DNA of 64,000 bases. Source: a virus. Below, in pieces: positions 8,814 through 18,313 of this stretch. Made by a program: the position numbers and the translations under genes. Within the stretch, counting starts at the first letter, position 1, and every line of letters begins with the position of its first letter. Below the pieces are notes generated by a model. That model was not told where the DNA came from and did not search any database. It saw only the letters and a program-made list of their open reading frames with translations. The DNA lies in IMG/VR virus record IMGVR_UViG_3300020185_000024, positions 26,667-90,666 of that record; one strand, written 5' to 3'.

Positions 8814-10040
8814 ATGGATGAACTGTTTATGAATGCAGATATGGAAGATTCTCCAGAAGTGGAAATTGAAATAAATGCAGAAGGTGTTATTGAAGAAACA
8901 CCAGAAGAAAGACCAGAAGAAAAAACTGACGACAAATCAAATGTTCTTAATCAAGACAAAAAAACTGAAAATACTGAAAATTTAATTGACCTAACTGAGT
9001 TGGGAATTGAAGTTGCTGAAAAACCAGAAGATGATGATTCTGACAAAATTGATCCTTTAGCTGATCCAAAAGAAAAAAAGTCTCCCTCATCAGAAGAAAT
9101 AACAGAACTAGGTGATAAAAAACCTAAATCAGATTCTGAACAGCCTTCTTTATTTAATTCCTTTGCCTCAATTCTAGCTGATGAGGGAGTTCTTTTAACT
9201 GACGAAGTTGAAAAAATTACTGACGCTAAAACTTTTTTAGAAGCAATTAAAACTACAGTAAAGCAAAATGAGTTCTCTGACTTAAATGATAAACAGAAGA
9301 AAGCCTTAGAAGCTTTTAGAGCAGGAGTACCTGCAGAAGAGTATGTTGAATCAGCTAACCAAATAGAAATCTTAGATAGCATCAAAGAAGAACATATTAA
9401 CGGTGAAACAGAAGAGAGTTTAAAACTTAGAAAAGATCTCATTGTAGAAAATATGATGAGAAAAGGCTTTACAGAAACAAAAGCTGAAAAATATGCTGAA
9501 ATGCATGTTGATGCAGGTTCTGATAAAGAAGAAGCTTTAGATGCTCATACCTCTTTAAAAGCTATAGCAAGTATAGATGTTGAAAAAAGACTTGCTGATA
9601 AAGTAGAAAAAGAAAAAAAAGCAGCAGAAAAAAAAGCAGCCTTTCAAGAAGAGCTTAAAAAATCAGTAGAAACAGTAGATATTATACCTGGAATGAAACT
9701 TAACTCTAGTCTTAGAGAAAAGGTTTATGAAAGTATGACAACTCCTGCAGTAACTACTAAAGATGGTAGAGCTTATGATGCAGTTATGACTAACTGGACA
9801 AAAGATCAAAGTTATAAAATGAAAGTTCACGCTTTACATGTTATAACAAAAGGTTTTACAGATTTCACTCCTTTATATGGAGGAAAGCAAAAAAGTCAAT
9901 CTGCTATTGATAGGTTAGACCAATTAGCTAGCGAAGGAAATATCTTAGTTAGAGGTAATACTGCAAGCAATAAACCAAAAGAAAATTTAGGAAAGGTTAA
10001 AAGCTTTTTAGATAGCTTACCTGACCCAAACAATTATTAA
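8814..10040 (+). CDS. Putative capsid scaffolding protein
   Basis: Highly acidic disordered N-terminus plus helical body, located between portal and MCP. Confidence 0.65.
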   Translation: MDELFMNADMEDSPEVEIEINAEGVIEETPEERPEEKTDDKSNVLNQDKKTENTENLIDLTELGIEVAEKPEDDDSDKIDPLADPKEKKSPSSEEITELGDKKPKSDSEQPSLFNSFASILADEGVLLTDEVEKITDAKTFLEAIKTTVKQNEFSDLNDKQKKALEAFRAGVPAEEYVESANQIEILDSIKEEHINGETEESLKLRKDLIVENMMRKGFTETKAEKYAEMHVDAGSDKEEALDAHTSLKAIASIDVEKRLADKVEKEKKAAEKKAAFQEELKKSVETVDIIPGMKLNSSLREKVYESMTTPAVTTKDGRAYDAVMTNWTKDQSYKMKVHALHVITKGFTDFTPLYGGKQKSQSAIDRLDQLASEGNILVRGNTASNKPKENLGKVKSFLDSLPDPNNY

Positions 10041-10067
10041 TAAGAAACAATATAAAAACTATATAAA

Positions 10068-11543
10068 ATGGCAATGATTTCCCCATTACAAATGACAGAT
10101 GCAACTAACTGGAAAGGTCTTACGACTGAAAACCATCTAGGTGCATTGTGGGCACAAAGTCCACAAAAAATGGAGAGTTACATTACTAAGATCTTGCAAA
10201 AGAACTTTGGTAATAACATCGAGTCTGTTTTAGCTAAATATCCAACTAAGTATTTTGAGGATGATACCGACTATACTTGGCAATTGGAATCACAAGCTGT
10301 ACAAAATGTACCTCTTGTTGAAGCTAGAATTAACGGTGTTGCAGTAACTTCCGCAGATAAACCAGGATACGGACTTACAGAATTTGAGTTGGTATTTGGC
10401 ATTGATTGGTTCGATGACACTGAAAAAATCGTAGGTGAGAAGAATGAACTTTACCCAGTAAGAATAGTATCTGAAGGCACGCCTGAAGGAACTAACTTTG
10501 TGTATAAAGCTCAAATGTATACTTCTGATCCTAAGTTTTTCATGCCAGCAGAAGAGCTTGCTAAAGGCAAGAAATTCTCAATTGAGTATGCTCCAGTAGA
10601 ACGAACTATGTCTCAAAAAGGACGTAAACCACACTACAAGTCTAACATTACAATGAAGAATTCTTTCTCTCAAATCAGAATGGAAAAGAAAACTCCAGGT
10701 AATATGAAGTCTCGTAAGTTGGGTACAGTTATTTTAGGAGATAACGGTGAAAAAATGGCAACTTGGCTTGAATATGAATCTTTAAAGTTCATGAAAGAGT
10801 TCAAGGATGACATTAACCGACTATTGTACTTTGGTACTTCTAACAGAGGTAAAGACGGTAACTACGCAACCAAAGGCAAATCAGGTTATCCTATCGTAGA
10901 AGGTTCTGGAATTAGAGAGCAAATGCAATCTAGTAACACTTCCTACTATACAACTTTCTCAATCAAAGAATTGTCTAGCCGACTTTTAGATTTATCTGAA
11001 GGCAAGCTTGCAGGCGATGAAAGAGAATTTGTTCTACGAACAGGAGAACGAGGTGCTGTACAATTCCATGAAGCTCTTGAAGGACACACTCAGTTGTTTA
11101 CTCCTTTACAGAACACTGATAGAATGTACAAAACAACTATGAAGAACATTAAGATGGGTTATGGCTACGGTGGTCAGTTCATTGAGTATATGGGTCCAAA
11201 TGGCATCAAAGTTTCTTTGAGCATTGATTCTATGTACGATGACAGAAACCGTAACAAGGTAATGCATCCTAATGGAGGAGTAGCAGAATCATACAGATAT
11301 GATATCTTTGATATCGGAACTACTGATGGTGCACCTAACATTCAAAAAGTAGGTGTTAAAGGGCAACCTGAGATCATCCACAAATACATTCCAGGACTAA
11401 GAAATCCTTTTGATCCAGATGGCAAAATTACTGCTATCGGAACTGCAGAAGATTCTTGGGAAGAGCATAAAATGTTCATTGGCGGAGTATGTGTGAAAGA
11501 TCCTTCTAGGACTGCATCCTTTATTCCAGCAATATTAGCATAA
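10068..11543 (+). CDS. Major capsid protein (crAss-like, HK97 fold)
   Basis: WKGLTTENHLG N-terminus, GSGIREQ, TGERG and HPNGGVAESYR motifs; strong codon bias; followed by a terminator. Confidence 0.9.
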   Translation: MAMISPLQMTDATNWKGLTTENHLGALWAQSPQKMESYITKILQKNFGNNIESVLAKYPTKYFEDDTDYTWQLESQAVQNVPLVEARINGVAVTSADKPGYGLTEFELVFGIDWFDDTEKIVGEKNELYPVRIVSEGTPEGTNFVYKAQMYTSDPKFFMPAEELAKGKKFSIEYAPVERTMSQKGRKPHYKSNITMKNSFSQIRMEKKTPGNMKSRKLGTVILGDNGEKMATWLEYESLKFMKEFKDDINRLLYFGTSNRGKDGNYATKGKSGYPIVEGSGIREQMQSSNTSYYTTFSIKELSSRLLDLSEGKLAGDEREFVLRTGERGAVQFHEALEGHTQLFTPLQNTDRMYKTTMKNIKMGYGYGGQFIEYMGPNGIKVSLSIDSMYDDRNRNKVMHPNGGVAESYRYDIFDIGTTDGAPNIQKVGVKGQPEIIHKYIPGLRNPFDPDGKITAIGTAEDSWEEHKMFIGGVCVKDPSRTASFIPAILA

Positions 11544-11545
11544 TA

Positions 11546-11588
11546 AGAGTTAAGGAGGAAGATTAAGTTCTTCCTCCACTCTTTTTTT
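11546..11588 (+). terminator. Rho-independent terminator after MCP
   Basis: GGAGGAAGA-ttaagt-TCTTCCTCC stem with AGAGT/ACTCT extension and a T-run. Confidence 0.85.
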
Positions 11589-11607
11589 ATTTATTTAAAT
11601 TTTATTA

Positions 11608-12498
11608 ATGGCAACAAAAGAATTAAAGAAGAAAGAATTTACGTTACCTAATAAAAAGGTAACAATTATCCCTATCATGAGGGCTAGAGGTCCTATCAAG
11701 GATGAAAAACATGAAGCGTTCTTTTTATTTGGAAATGCAACTATAGACGTTTGCGTACCTATGGATAGAATGGGAAACTTAATTGACCCATTATCTCCAG
11801 AGGAGAGAGAATATTTTGAAGATAAATCTAGATCAGGAATGCCTTTTAATGTAGGCGAATTATCTATTTATAATAAGCCAGCAGAAAACTACTGGACTAC
11901 TTTTAGAATCAAGCTTTCAAAAGATGAGAGAGTTTTAAATCTATCTAATCCTAAAGATTATTTAGAATATAAAGTATTACTGTCTAATAAAGAATTGGTA
12001 GCTCCTTCAGGAGATGTCCAATATGATAAAATGACTTACAAGTTTGCTTTAATTTCAGAAGACTTTGCTCAGAAAACTAACTTAAATGAAGCTGATCAAA
12101 ATGAGAGAGCTTGGACTAAGTTTGGTGAAATTAGAAACAATAGAGCTTATATGTCAAACTTCCTTAAGATTTATGGAAGAATGCCATCTGAAGATTCTAA
12201 CGATGACTTCTTAAGAAATGAGATTACTAAGATCATTAAAGAAGATATCAAAAGTTTCTTAAGCATAACAGAGGATGATATGTTTGAGGATAAAATTCTT
12301 ATCCACAGAGCAGTAAGAGCAGGAGCTATTAAGATATCAAAAGGTAATTACATACTTCCAGGTGGAGATAAAATGTGTGAGCCAGGAGATAAAGCAGATA
12401 TAGTAAATGCTATTAAATTCCTCAAAGATCCTGAAAATCAAGAAGTATATGCTACTGTAAGAGAGCGTATAGAAATTGCAGAAGGAAAAACAAAATAA
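11608..12498 (+). CDS. Conserved crAss-like protein downstream of MCP
   Basis: LNLSNPKDYLEYKVLL motif; syntenic position. Confidence 0.65.
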   Translation: MATKELKKKEFTLPNKKVTIIPIMRARGPIKDEKHEAFFLFGNATIDVCVPMDRMGNLIDPLSPEEREYFEDKSRSGMPFNVGELSIYNKPAENYWTTFRIKLSKDERVLNLSNPKDYLEYKVLLSNKELVAPSGDVQYDKMTYKFALISEDFAQKTNLNEADQNERAWTKFGEIRNNRAYMSNFLKIYGRMPSEDSNDDFLRNEITKIIKEDIKSFLSITEDDMFEDKILIHRAVRAGAIKISKGNYILPGGDKMCEPGDKADIVNAIKFLKDPENQEVYATVRERIEIAEGKTK

Positions 12499-12501
12499 TA
12501 A

Positions 12502-13245
12502 ATGACAGCAACTGAAATTAATAATGAGTTCCTATTAGCATACGATAAATTAATGGGGCCTTCAGCTCCAGGGTTAGATGCTTATGAAATCTCAGTATTA
12601 TTAACTAAAGGTGCTGAAAGAAAAATAAAACAAGTTTATAACCCTCTTGGTAACAAATACCAGGAGGGGTATGAACAAAGTGAGAAAAGGAAAAAGGAAT
12701 TAGCTCCTTTAACTAAGACAGCTAATCTTACTCCTAAGACTTACGATAGTTCTTTGAATTTACCAAATGGTAGGTTTGTAGATTTACCTGAAGATTTTAT
12801 GTGGGCAACCACAGAAGAAGTTACAGTATCATCTGCAGACGCATGTATTGACAACACGAGAATAGAAGTTAAACCTATTACTCATGATGGATACAATAAG
12901 AATAAAAGAAATCCTTTTAAAAAGCCTAGTGACAAACTAGTATGGAGAATGGATTATGGTTGGGACAATATTACTCAGCAACATGAGCTTATAGAAGCAA
13001 ATTCTTATGATATTACTAAGTACCATTTAAGATATATTAAGAGACCTAAGCCTATCATTGTATCTGATTTAACTATCTTGCCTGGTAGTTTATCTATAGA
13101 AGGATACTCTACAATTCAAGCAATTGAATACAATGATGTATTTATAAGAGAGATAATAGATGAGGCTGTGCTAATAGGACTAGAAGTGTTCCAAGAACAA
13201 CGACTACAAACAGCAGCACAACTAAATCAACAAAAAACTGAATAA
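12502..13245 (+). CDS. Putative tail ring / head-tail adaptor protein
   Basis: APGLDAYEISVLLT, EQSEKR and YHLRYIKRPKPII motifs; syntenic with crAss-like ring proteins. Confidence 0.65.
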   Translation: MTATEINNEFLLAYDKLMGPSAPGLDAYEISVLLTKGAERKIKQVYNPLGNKYQEGYEQSEKRKKELAPLTKTANLTPKTYDSSLNLPNGRFVDLPEDFMWATTEEVTVSSADACIDNTRIEVKPITHDGYNKNKRNPFKKPSDKLVWRMDYGWDNITQQHELIEANSYDITKYHLRYIKRPKPIIVSDLTILPGSLSIEGYSTIQAIEYNDVFIREIIDEAVLIGLEVFQEQRLQTAAQLNQQKTE

Positions 13246-13275
13246 CAATATTTATTAATTTAATTTTAAAATAAA

Positions 13276-14532
13276 ATGGCAACATTTTCACAAAACAACA
13301 TTCAATGGTTACTATTAGGTAATGACACAAGTACAAACGGAGCTAGTAGAGCTGCAGGGATTAATTCCTTAGCTTCTGGTGAAGTAGGAGTATTTGGGGC
13401 ATACGGAGATAAACTAACTAGCGCAAATGACGCAGGTCTTCGATTTATGGTAGCTCAAGAAAACGGAAATTCTCCTGTTACTTCTGAGATCATAGATCCT
13501 ACAACAGTAACAAAACTTAAAAAAGTCGTTGGTGCTGCTGCAGCTCAACAAGTAGACGTAATTGGATTTAATGGAACTTCTGGTTCTATTAATGTAATTG
13601 CAGATAACGTTTATATGGCTAACGTAAACTTAAACCAAAGTTTAGTTTCAAATCACGGTGGACAATACCTTAAACATGCAGTTTACAAATCTCCTTCAAC
13701 AGGAGCAACTCAGCTTGGTATTGCAAGCGGTTTAACTGATTCATTCATTAAAAATTTCAGCAAAGAAGCAAGTAAAATTGTAAAAGCTGAACGTTTATGC
13801 GATGAAGCAGGTACTGCTTTAGGTACAGGTACTGCAACTTCAGCAACAGTAGTAGCTACCAATGGTAGTAAAGTTGTTACTGGATGGGCAGATGTAGACG
13901 ATGCTACAACTAACGCAGCTATGGAAGTAGGAGGTCTTTTAAGATTTGGTACTGCCACAACTGATCCAGTTTATGTAATTGCTTCTATTGATGCTATTAA
14001 TGATACTCTTACTTTAGATGTTCCTTATCAAGGAACAACTGAAACTTTTAATGACACTGGTTTAGAAACAATTCCTGCTGCAACTGCTGTTGCTTCTGAA
14101 ATGGGAGTTAAAGTAACTGGCATAGCTGGAGAATTTGACACTGGTAAAATGCATTACTACCCAGGAACTTCTTGGACTATGACATTGAGAGATTTTGGTA
14201 CTACTACTCTTACTAATTCTGTTGGACAAGATAACGGAAAAGGTACTTATGAGCAAGTAGCTGAATTGGAATTCTTCCTTCAAGGAAATGGTGGAAACAC
14301 TATGCGAGCTCCAGAACCACATGTCTTTACTCGTAGAGCTAAAGCTGTTGAAGGTGCTTTATACAACTTGTATGAAATCACTTACACAACTAAAGAAGAA
14401 CGAGGATACGGTGCTATTCATGCTCCTAAACAGTTGACTATTGCTGCAATTTCTACTAATGGTGGATGGGCAGATGATCCAATTACAGGTTTGCAAGCAA
14501 CAATTGAAAAGCTTACTGGATTATCATTCTAA
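13276..14532 (+). CDS. Putative auxiliary capsid / abundant structural protein
   Basis: Thr/Gly/Ala-rich, MCP-like codon bias, GKGTYEQVAELE motif, followed by its own terminator. Confidence 0.6.
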   Translation: MATFSQNNIQWLLLGNDTSTNGASRAAGINSLASGEVGVFGAYGDKLTSANDAGLRFMVAQENGNSPVTSEIIDPTTVTKLKKVVGAAAAQQVDVIGFNGTSGSINVIADNVYMANVNLNQSLVSNHGGQYLKHAVYKSPSTGATQLGIASGLTDSFIKNFSKEASKIVKAERLCDEAGTALGTGTATSATVVATNGSKVVTGWADVDDATTNAAMEVGGLLRFGTATTDPVYVIASIDAINDTLTLDVPYQGTTETFNDTGLETIPAATAVASEMGVKVTGIAGEFDTGKMHYYPGTSWTMTLRDFGTTTLTNSVGQDNGKGTYEQVAELEFFLQGNGGNTMRAPEPHVFTRRAKAVEGALYNLYEITYTTKEERGYGAIHAPKQLTIAAISTNGGWADDPITGLQATIEKLTGLSF

Positions 14533-14544
14533 GATATAAATCAT

Positions 14545-14576
14545 AAAAGGAGGGGTTAATTCTCCTCCTTTTTTTT
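14545..14576 (+). terminator. Rho-independent terminator
   Basis: AAAAGGAGGGG-ttaatt-CTCCTCCTTTT hairpin plus T-run. Confidence 0.85.
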
Positions 14577-14604
14577 ACTTTTTTTCTTTATTTATTATTT
14601 CTCT

Positions 14605-15168
14605 ATGGCTTTTGAACCAAAAATATCTGTATGTTATCACAATTGTAATGAAGTTAAAATAACTGACATTACTGGAGTTTATAATGTGGATTCCAATGCT
14701 ACTGCATGGAATACTCCAAATCCTGCATCTTCAGATGCTACTAAGATTGAACTTGTAATTGATGGAGTAATATACGATGTTACTGATGATGCTCCAGGAG
14801 AAATAAATGGAGAATTTACTTATACCATAGCAGACTTAGTTCTAGCTGATGGTTATCATACTTTTGAATATAAAGTATATTACACTGAAGGCGTAGGAGT
14901 TGACGCTGTAGCTAAAAACACTTCTTACACACTTACAGAATTTATTACATGTTCAGCAAGATGCTGTGTAGATAAAATGTGGTTAAGAGTAGCTGACAAT
15001 CACTGTAATTGCGATAAAGGAGATTTAATGCAAAAAGCAATAGAAGCTGAAGCATTACTCAAAGCAGCACAAACATCTGCTGCAGCTTGTGGAAATGAAA
15101 CCCAAGCTAACTTGTTACTTGATTCAGTAACTAATTTATGTGCATTTGAAGAATGCAATTGTAACTAA
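14605..15168 (+). CDS. Putative tail hub / fibre-attachment protein (Cys-rich C-terminus)
   Basis: Ig-like N-half (LADGYHTFEYKV), then helical Cys-rich C-half; position matches the crAss-like hub protein. Confidence 0.5.
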   Translation: MAFEPKISVCYHNCNEVKITDITGVYNVDSNATAWNTPNPASSDATKIELVIDGVIYDVTDDAPGEINGEFTYTIADLVLADGYHTFEYKVYYTEGVGVDAVAKNTSYTLTEFITCSARCCVDKMWLRVADNHCNCDKGDLMQKAIEAEALLKAAQTSAAACGNETQANLLLDSVTNLCAFEECNCN

Positions 15169-15180
15169 AAACTTTAAAAA

Positions 15181-16500
15181 ATGGCAAACGAAACTCAAAA
15201 TCAAATACTTAATTCTTCTAGAAGAATAGAAAACTTATTAGGTGGAACAGGAAATGATGGAGGTGTATCTAGTGAAAAAACTCTAAAAACTCTAGCTACC
15301 GAATCCACTCTAATTTCATTATTAAATCACACAATAGATACTCAAGATATTGAAGTATTATTAGTAAGAGATACAGGAGCATCTGATAAAGTAGTGCAAC
15401 AAATAAGAGAGTACACTCAACCATCAGGTCCTTGGGTAACTTCTTACGAAGATGTGTCTGGAAATGCTTATACTCCAGCAGGGCCATTAGAATATTTAGA
15501 TCCTTCAGCAGTATTAAACTTAATGCTAGCAGAAGAGTTAAGTCAAGGAATAGCTATAAGTTCTCAAATTAATTTGTTAACTTCTATTTTAAATAAAATA
15601 ATTGCTGCACCTGCTACTGAAGCTAAACAAGATACGTTAATTACAGCTCTAGGGTCATTACTTACAGAACTTCAAGCAAAAGCAGACTTGACGGAAACTC
15701 AGCCAGTAAGTGCTGCAGCTTTACCACTACCAACTGGTGCTTCAACTGAAGCAAAACAAGATACTGGCAATACTAGCCTAGGAACAATCGCTGGAGACAC
15801 TACAAGTATCGATGCTAAGTTACCAGCTCAAGGAGCAGCTTTAACAGCCGCTTCAACGCCTGTAAACATTGCTAGTGATCAAATTGTGCCAGTAAGTGCA
15901 TCAAGTTTACCACTGCCAAGTGGAGCTGCAACAGAAACTACTCAAGCTACTTTAGCTACTCAAGCTACTTTATCTCTTTTAGAGAATAAAGATTTTGCTA
16001 CACAAAGTACTTTACAAGGAGTTTCTAACACTAATAATAATATTAGTGATAAATCAAATATTATTGCAGCAGCTACACAAAGTATGGATGTAAACACTGC
16101 TAATATTCAAACTAATGGAGTTACAACTTCACAAAAAGTTACTTCAATAGATAATAAAACTCCTGCATTAGGACAAGCTGCAATGTCTCAATCAGTACCA
16201 GTCACTATAGCTAGTAACCAATCTAATGTTCCTGTAGCTATTCAAACCACTGCTAGGACTTTTTCAGCAGTTAATGTAGGAATAGGAGTAACGTTTACAG
16301 CCCCTGCTGGATGTAAATATATTAAAATATTTGGCAATGCTCATAATATGCCTGGTATAGTTGCTGTAAATGGGTGGCCAGTAGACCTTTCTAATAAATC
16401 TTATTTTGTGGAAATAACAGCTCCAGCAGGTTGTACCATTACTGGATTAGTTTTAAATGGTATAGCAACAGGAAACGTTATTGTTCACTATTTAGTTTAA
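15181..16500 (+). CDS. Fibre-like structural protein with internal repeats
   Basis: Repeats ATEAKQDT/STEAKQDT/ATETTQAT, PVSA..LPLP.GA twice, P.NIASDQ/PVTIASNQ; C-terminal beta domain. Confidence 0.6.
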   Translation: MANETQNQILNSSRRIENLLGGTGNDGGVSSEKTLKTLATESTLISLLNHTIDTQDIEVLLVRDTGASDKVVQQIREYTQPSGPWVTSYEDVSGNAYTPAGPLEYLDPSAVLNLMLAEELSQGIAISSQINLLTSILNKIIAAPATEAKQDTLITALGSLLTELQAKADLTETQPVSAAALPLPTGASTEAKQDTGNTSLGTIAGDTTSIDAKLPAQGAALTAASTPVNIASDQIVPVSASSLPLPSGAATETTQATLATQATLSLLENKDFATQSTLQGVSNTNNNISDKSNIIAAATQSMDVNTANIQTNGVTTSQKVTSIDNKTPALGQAAMSQSVPVTIASNQSNVPVAIQTTARTFSAVNVGIGVTFTAPAGCKYIKIFGNAHNMPGIVAVNGWPVDLSNKSYFVEITAPAGCTITGLVLNGIATGNVIVHYLV

Positions 16501-16518
16501 TATATTTAAAATTTTCTT

Positions 16519-17574
16519 ATGACATGTAAATCATGTAAAAGTGCAACGTGTAATGGAGCTTGTAAAAGCATTACATTACCTGCTACTCTAAATAAAGGTG
16601 CAACTGGGGCTAATGGAGCTGACGGAGCTTCTGCATTTATGTATATAGGTTACGCAACCTCTAATACTGGTGCTGACTTTGCTACTGCTCCTTTTGCTTC
16701 TGCTAATTGGGTATCCTTTAAAAACACAACAGTAGCTTCTACAAACGATGTAAATTTACATGCAGGCAACTGGATAGAACTAGAGTGTCCTTGTACTTCC
16801 AGCAATGGAGAAGATGGTACTAATGGAGTAGGAATTTCTCAAATAGAACTTACTGACGGAGATGGTTCTCCAGGAACTACTGATACTTATACTATAACTT
16901 ATTCAGATGCTACTACTTCTACATTTACTGTAACTAATGGTGCAAATGGAGAATCAGGAGCAGCAGGAACAAGTCAACAAATTCTTTATGGAACAATTGC
17001 TCCTGGAGATATTTTAGGTGAAGATGGAGATTCTTATATAGATACTATAACTGGTAATCTTTATAGCAAAGCTGCAGGAGCTTGGACTTTAGAAACAAAT
17101 TTAAAAGGTCCTACAGGAGCTACAGGAGCAACAGGTCCAGCAGGCCCAGCAGGAACAGCAGCAAATAATAAGTATGCTGCAATAATGATATCCTCAGATA
17201 AGACTATAAATACAACTACTGTAGCAACTCCTATAGAAGAATGGGAAACATCTGAAGCAAGCGGATACTCAGTTAGCCTTAATGACGGAACTCTTACAGT
17301 AAACGAAAATGTTACAACTATTGTTGAATTTAATATAGCATTTACAAGTGGATCAAGTGAAGAGTTTACTTTTACAATATATAAAAATGGAACTACGATT
17401 ACTAATTTACTTGTTTTTGCAAGTACAGGTTCAAGTTCAGCCAAGTCAGGTAAAGCAAGTTTGAGATTTCCAATTACTTTAATAAATGGAGATAGTTTAG
17501 TCATTAAGGTAGCTTCAAATAGTACAGCAACTTTAGTAATTAAAAACGCAACATTTATAATAGAAGGAAAATAA
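16519..17574 (+). CDS. Collagen-like fibre protein with C-terminal C1q/BclA-like beta domain
   Basis: GXY runs (KGATGANGADG; KGPTGATGATGPAGPAG), G.DGDSYIDT.TG.LY module, Cys-rich N-terminus. Confidence 0.7.
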   Translation: MTCKSCKSATCNGACKSITLPATLNKGATGANGADGASAFMYIGYATSNTGADFATAPFASANWVSFKNTTVASTNDVNLHAGNWIELECPCTSSNGEDGTNGVGISQIELTDGDGSPGTTDTYTITYSDATTSTFTVTNGANGESGAAGTSQQILYGTIAPGDILGEDGDSYIDTITGNLYSKAAGAWTLETNLKGPTGATGATGPAGPAGTAANNKYAAIMISSDKTINTTTVATPIEEWETSEASGYSVSLNDGTLTVNENVTTIVEFNIAFTSGSSEEFTFTIYKNGTTITNLLVFASTGSSSAKSGKASLRFPITLINGDSLVIKVASNSTATLVIKNATFIIEGK

Positions 17575-17575
17575 T

Positions 17576-18313
17576 ATGGCATCTACTATTACCACAAGTT
17601 CGGATACTTTTTACGAAAATATAAATGCTCCAGGAGTTGTTGACTTTACTAGAAATATAACCATAAGTATTAACGGATCAGCCACATTTAACGCTTCTAA
17701 AGCAGCTAGTAATTTATATGCAACTAATGTTCCTTTAGGTTGGACATTAGCAGCGAGTGCTGGAAGCAATGTAACTAAAGAAATACTTGTAACTTTTTCT
17801 GGCACTGCAAATGATCACGATGCTGCAGACAGTATTTCTAATTTAGGATTATATCTTCCTTTAACAGGAAGCAATGGACCTACTTACACTGTTCAAGATG
17901 GCTTAGATGATTGGGAAAAAACAGACTTTAATGTAATATTTTATGGAGGAGCAGCCCCAGATCCAGACCCAGACCCAGATCCAGATCCAGATCCAGATCC
18001 AGATCCAGATCCTCCAGTCGAAATTATTGAAAATTTTGTTAGTAAATTTAAAACTTATGTATTAGATTTGCAATGTAAGCATGCTTCTTTAGGAGAAAAA
18101 ATAAGTAAAGGATATCATTATGGTAAATTCTGCGAAAACAAAAATAAAGACTTTATACAATTAAGTTACATAATAGATATACTTTCTAGACATAATTCTA
18201 GATTAGAAGAACTCAATAAAGAATTAGACAGTACTTTTGATCATTATTGCTTAAAAGATACTGAATTACTTAAACTAGTAGATTACGCATACTACACAAT
18301 TAAAAAATACTAA
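17576..18313 (+). CDS. Structural protein: beta domain, (PD)9 linker, helical Cys-containing hub-like domain
   Basis: Two-domain architecture visible in the translation. Confidence 0.55.
   Translation: MASTITTSSDTFYENINAPGVVDFTRNITISINGSATFNASKAASNLYATNVPLGWTLAASAGSNVTKEILVTFSGTANDHDAADSISNLGLYLPLTGSNGPTYTVQDGLDDWEKTDFNVIFYGGAAPDPDPDPDPDPDPDPDPDPPVEIIENFVSKFKTYVLDLQCKHASLGEKISKGYHYGKFCENKNKDFIQLSYIIDILSRHNSRLEELNKELDSTFDHYCLKDTELLKLVDYAYYTIKKY
17957..18010 (+). repeat. Hexanucleotide tandem repeat (CCAGAY)x9 encoding (Pro-Asp)9
   Basis: Read directly: 7x CCAGAT and 2x CCAGAC. Confidence 0.95.

Noticed and set aside
8951-9442. 163-aa minus-strand ORF
   Set aside because: Antisense shadow of the scaffold gene with Ser/Phe-rich composition typical of reverse-complemented Lys/Glu codons
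3923-11543. Inteins or group I introns in terL, portal or MCP
   Set aside because: Lengths are normal, ORFs are uninterrupted, and no LAGLIDADG, HNH or intein splice motifs were seen
17061-17582. 173-aa minus-strand ORF and similar ones at 21706-22654, 26861-27208 and 28211-28864
   Set aside because: Antisense to well-supported genes, with no motifs or expression signals
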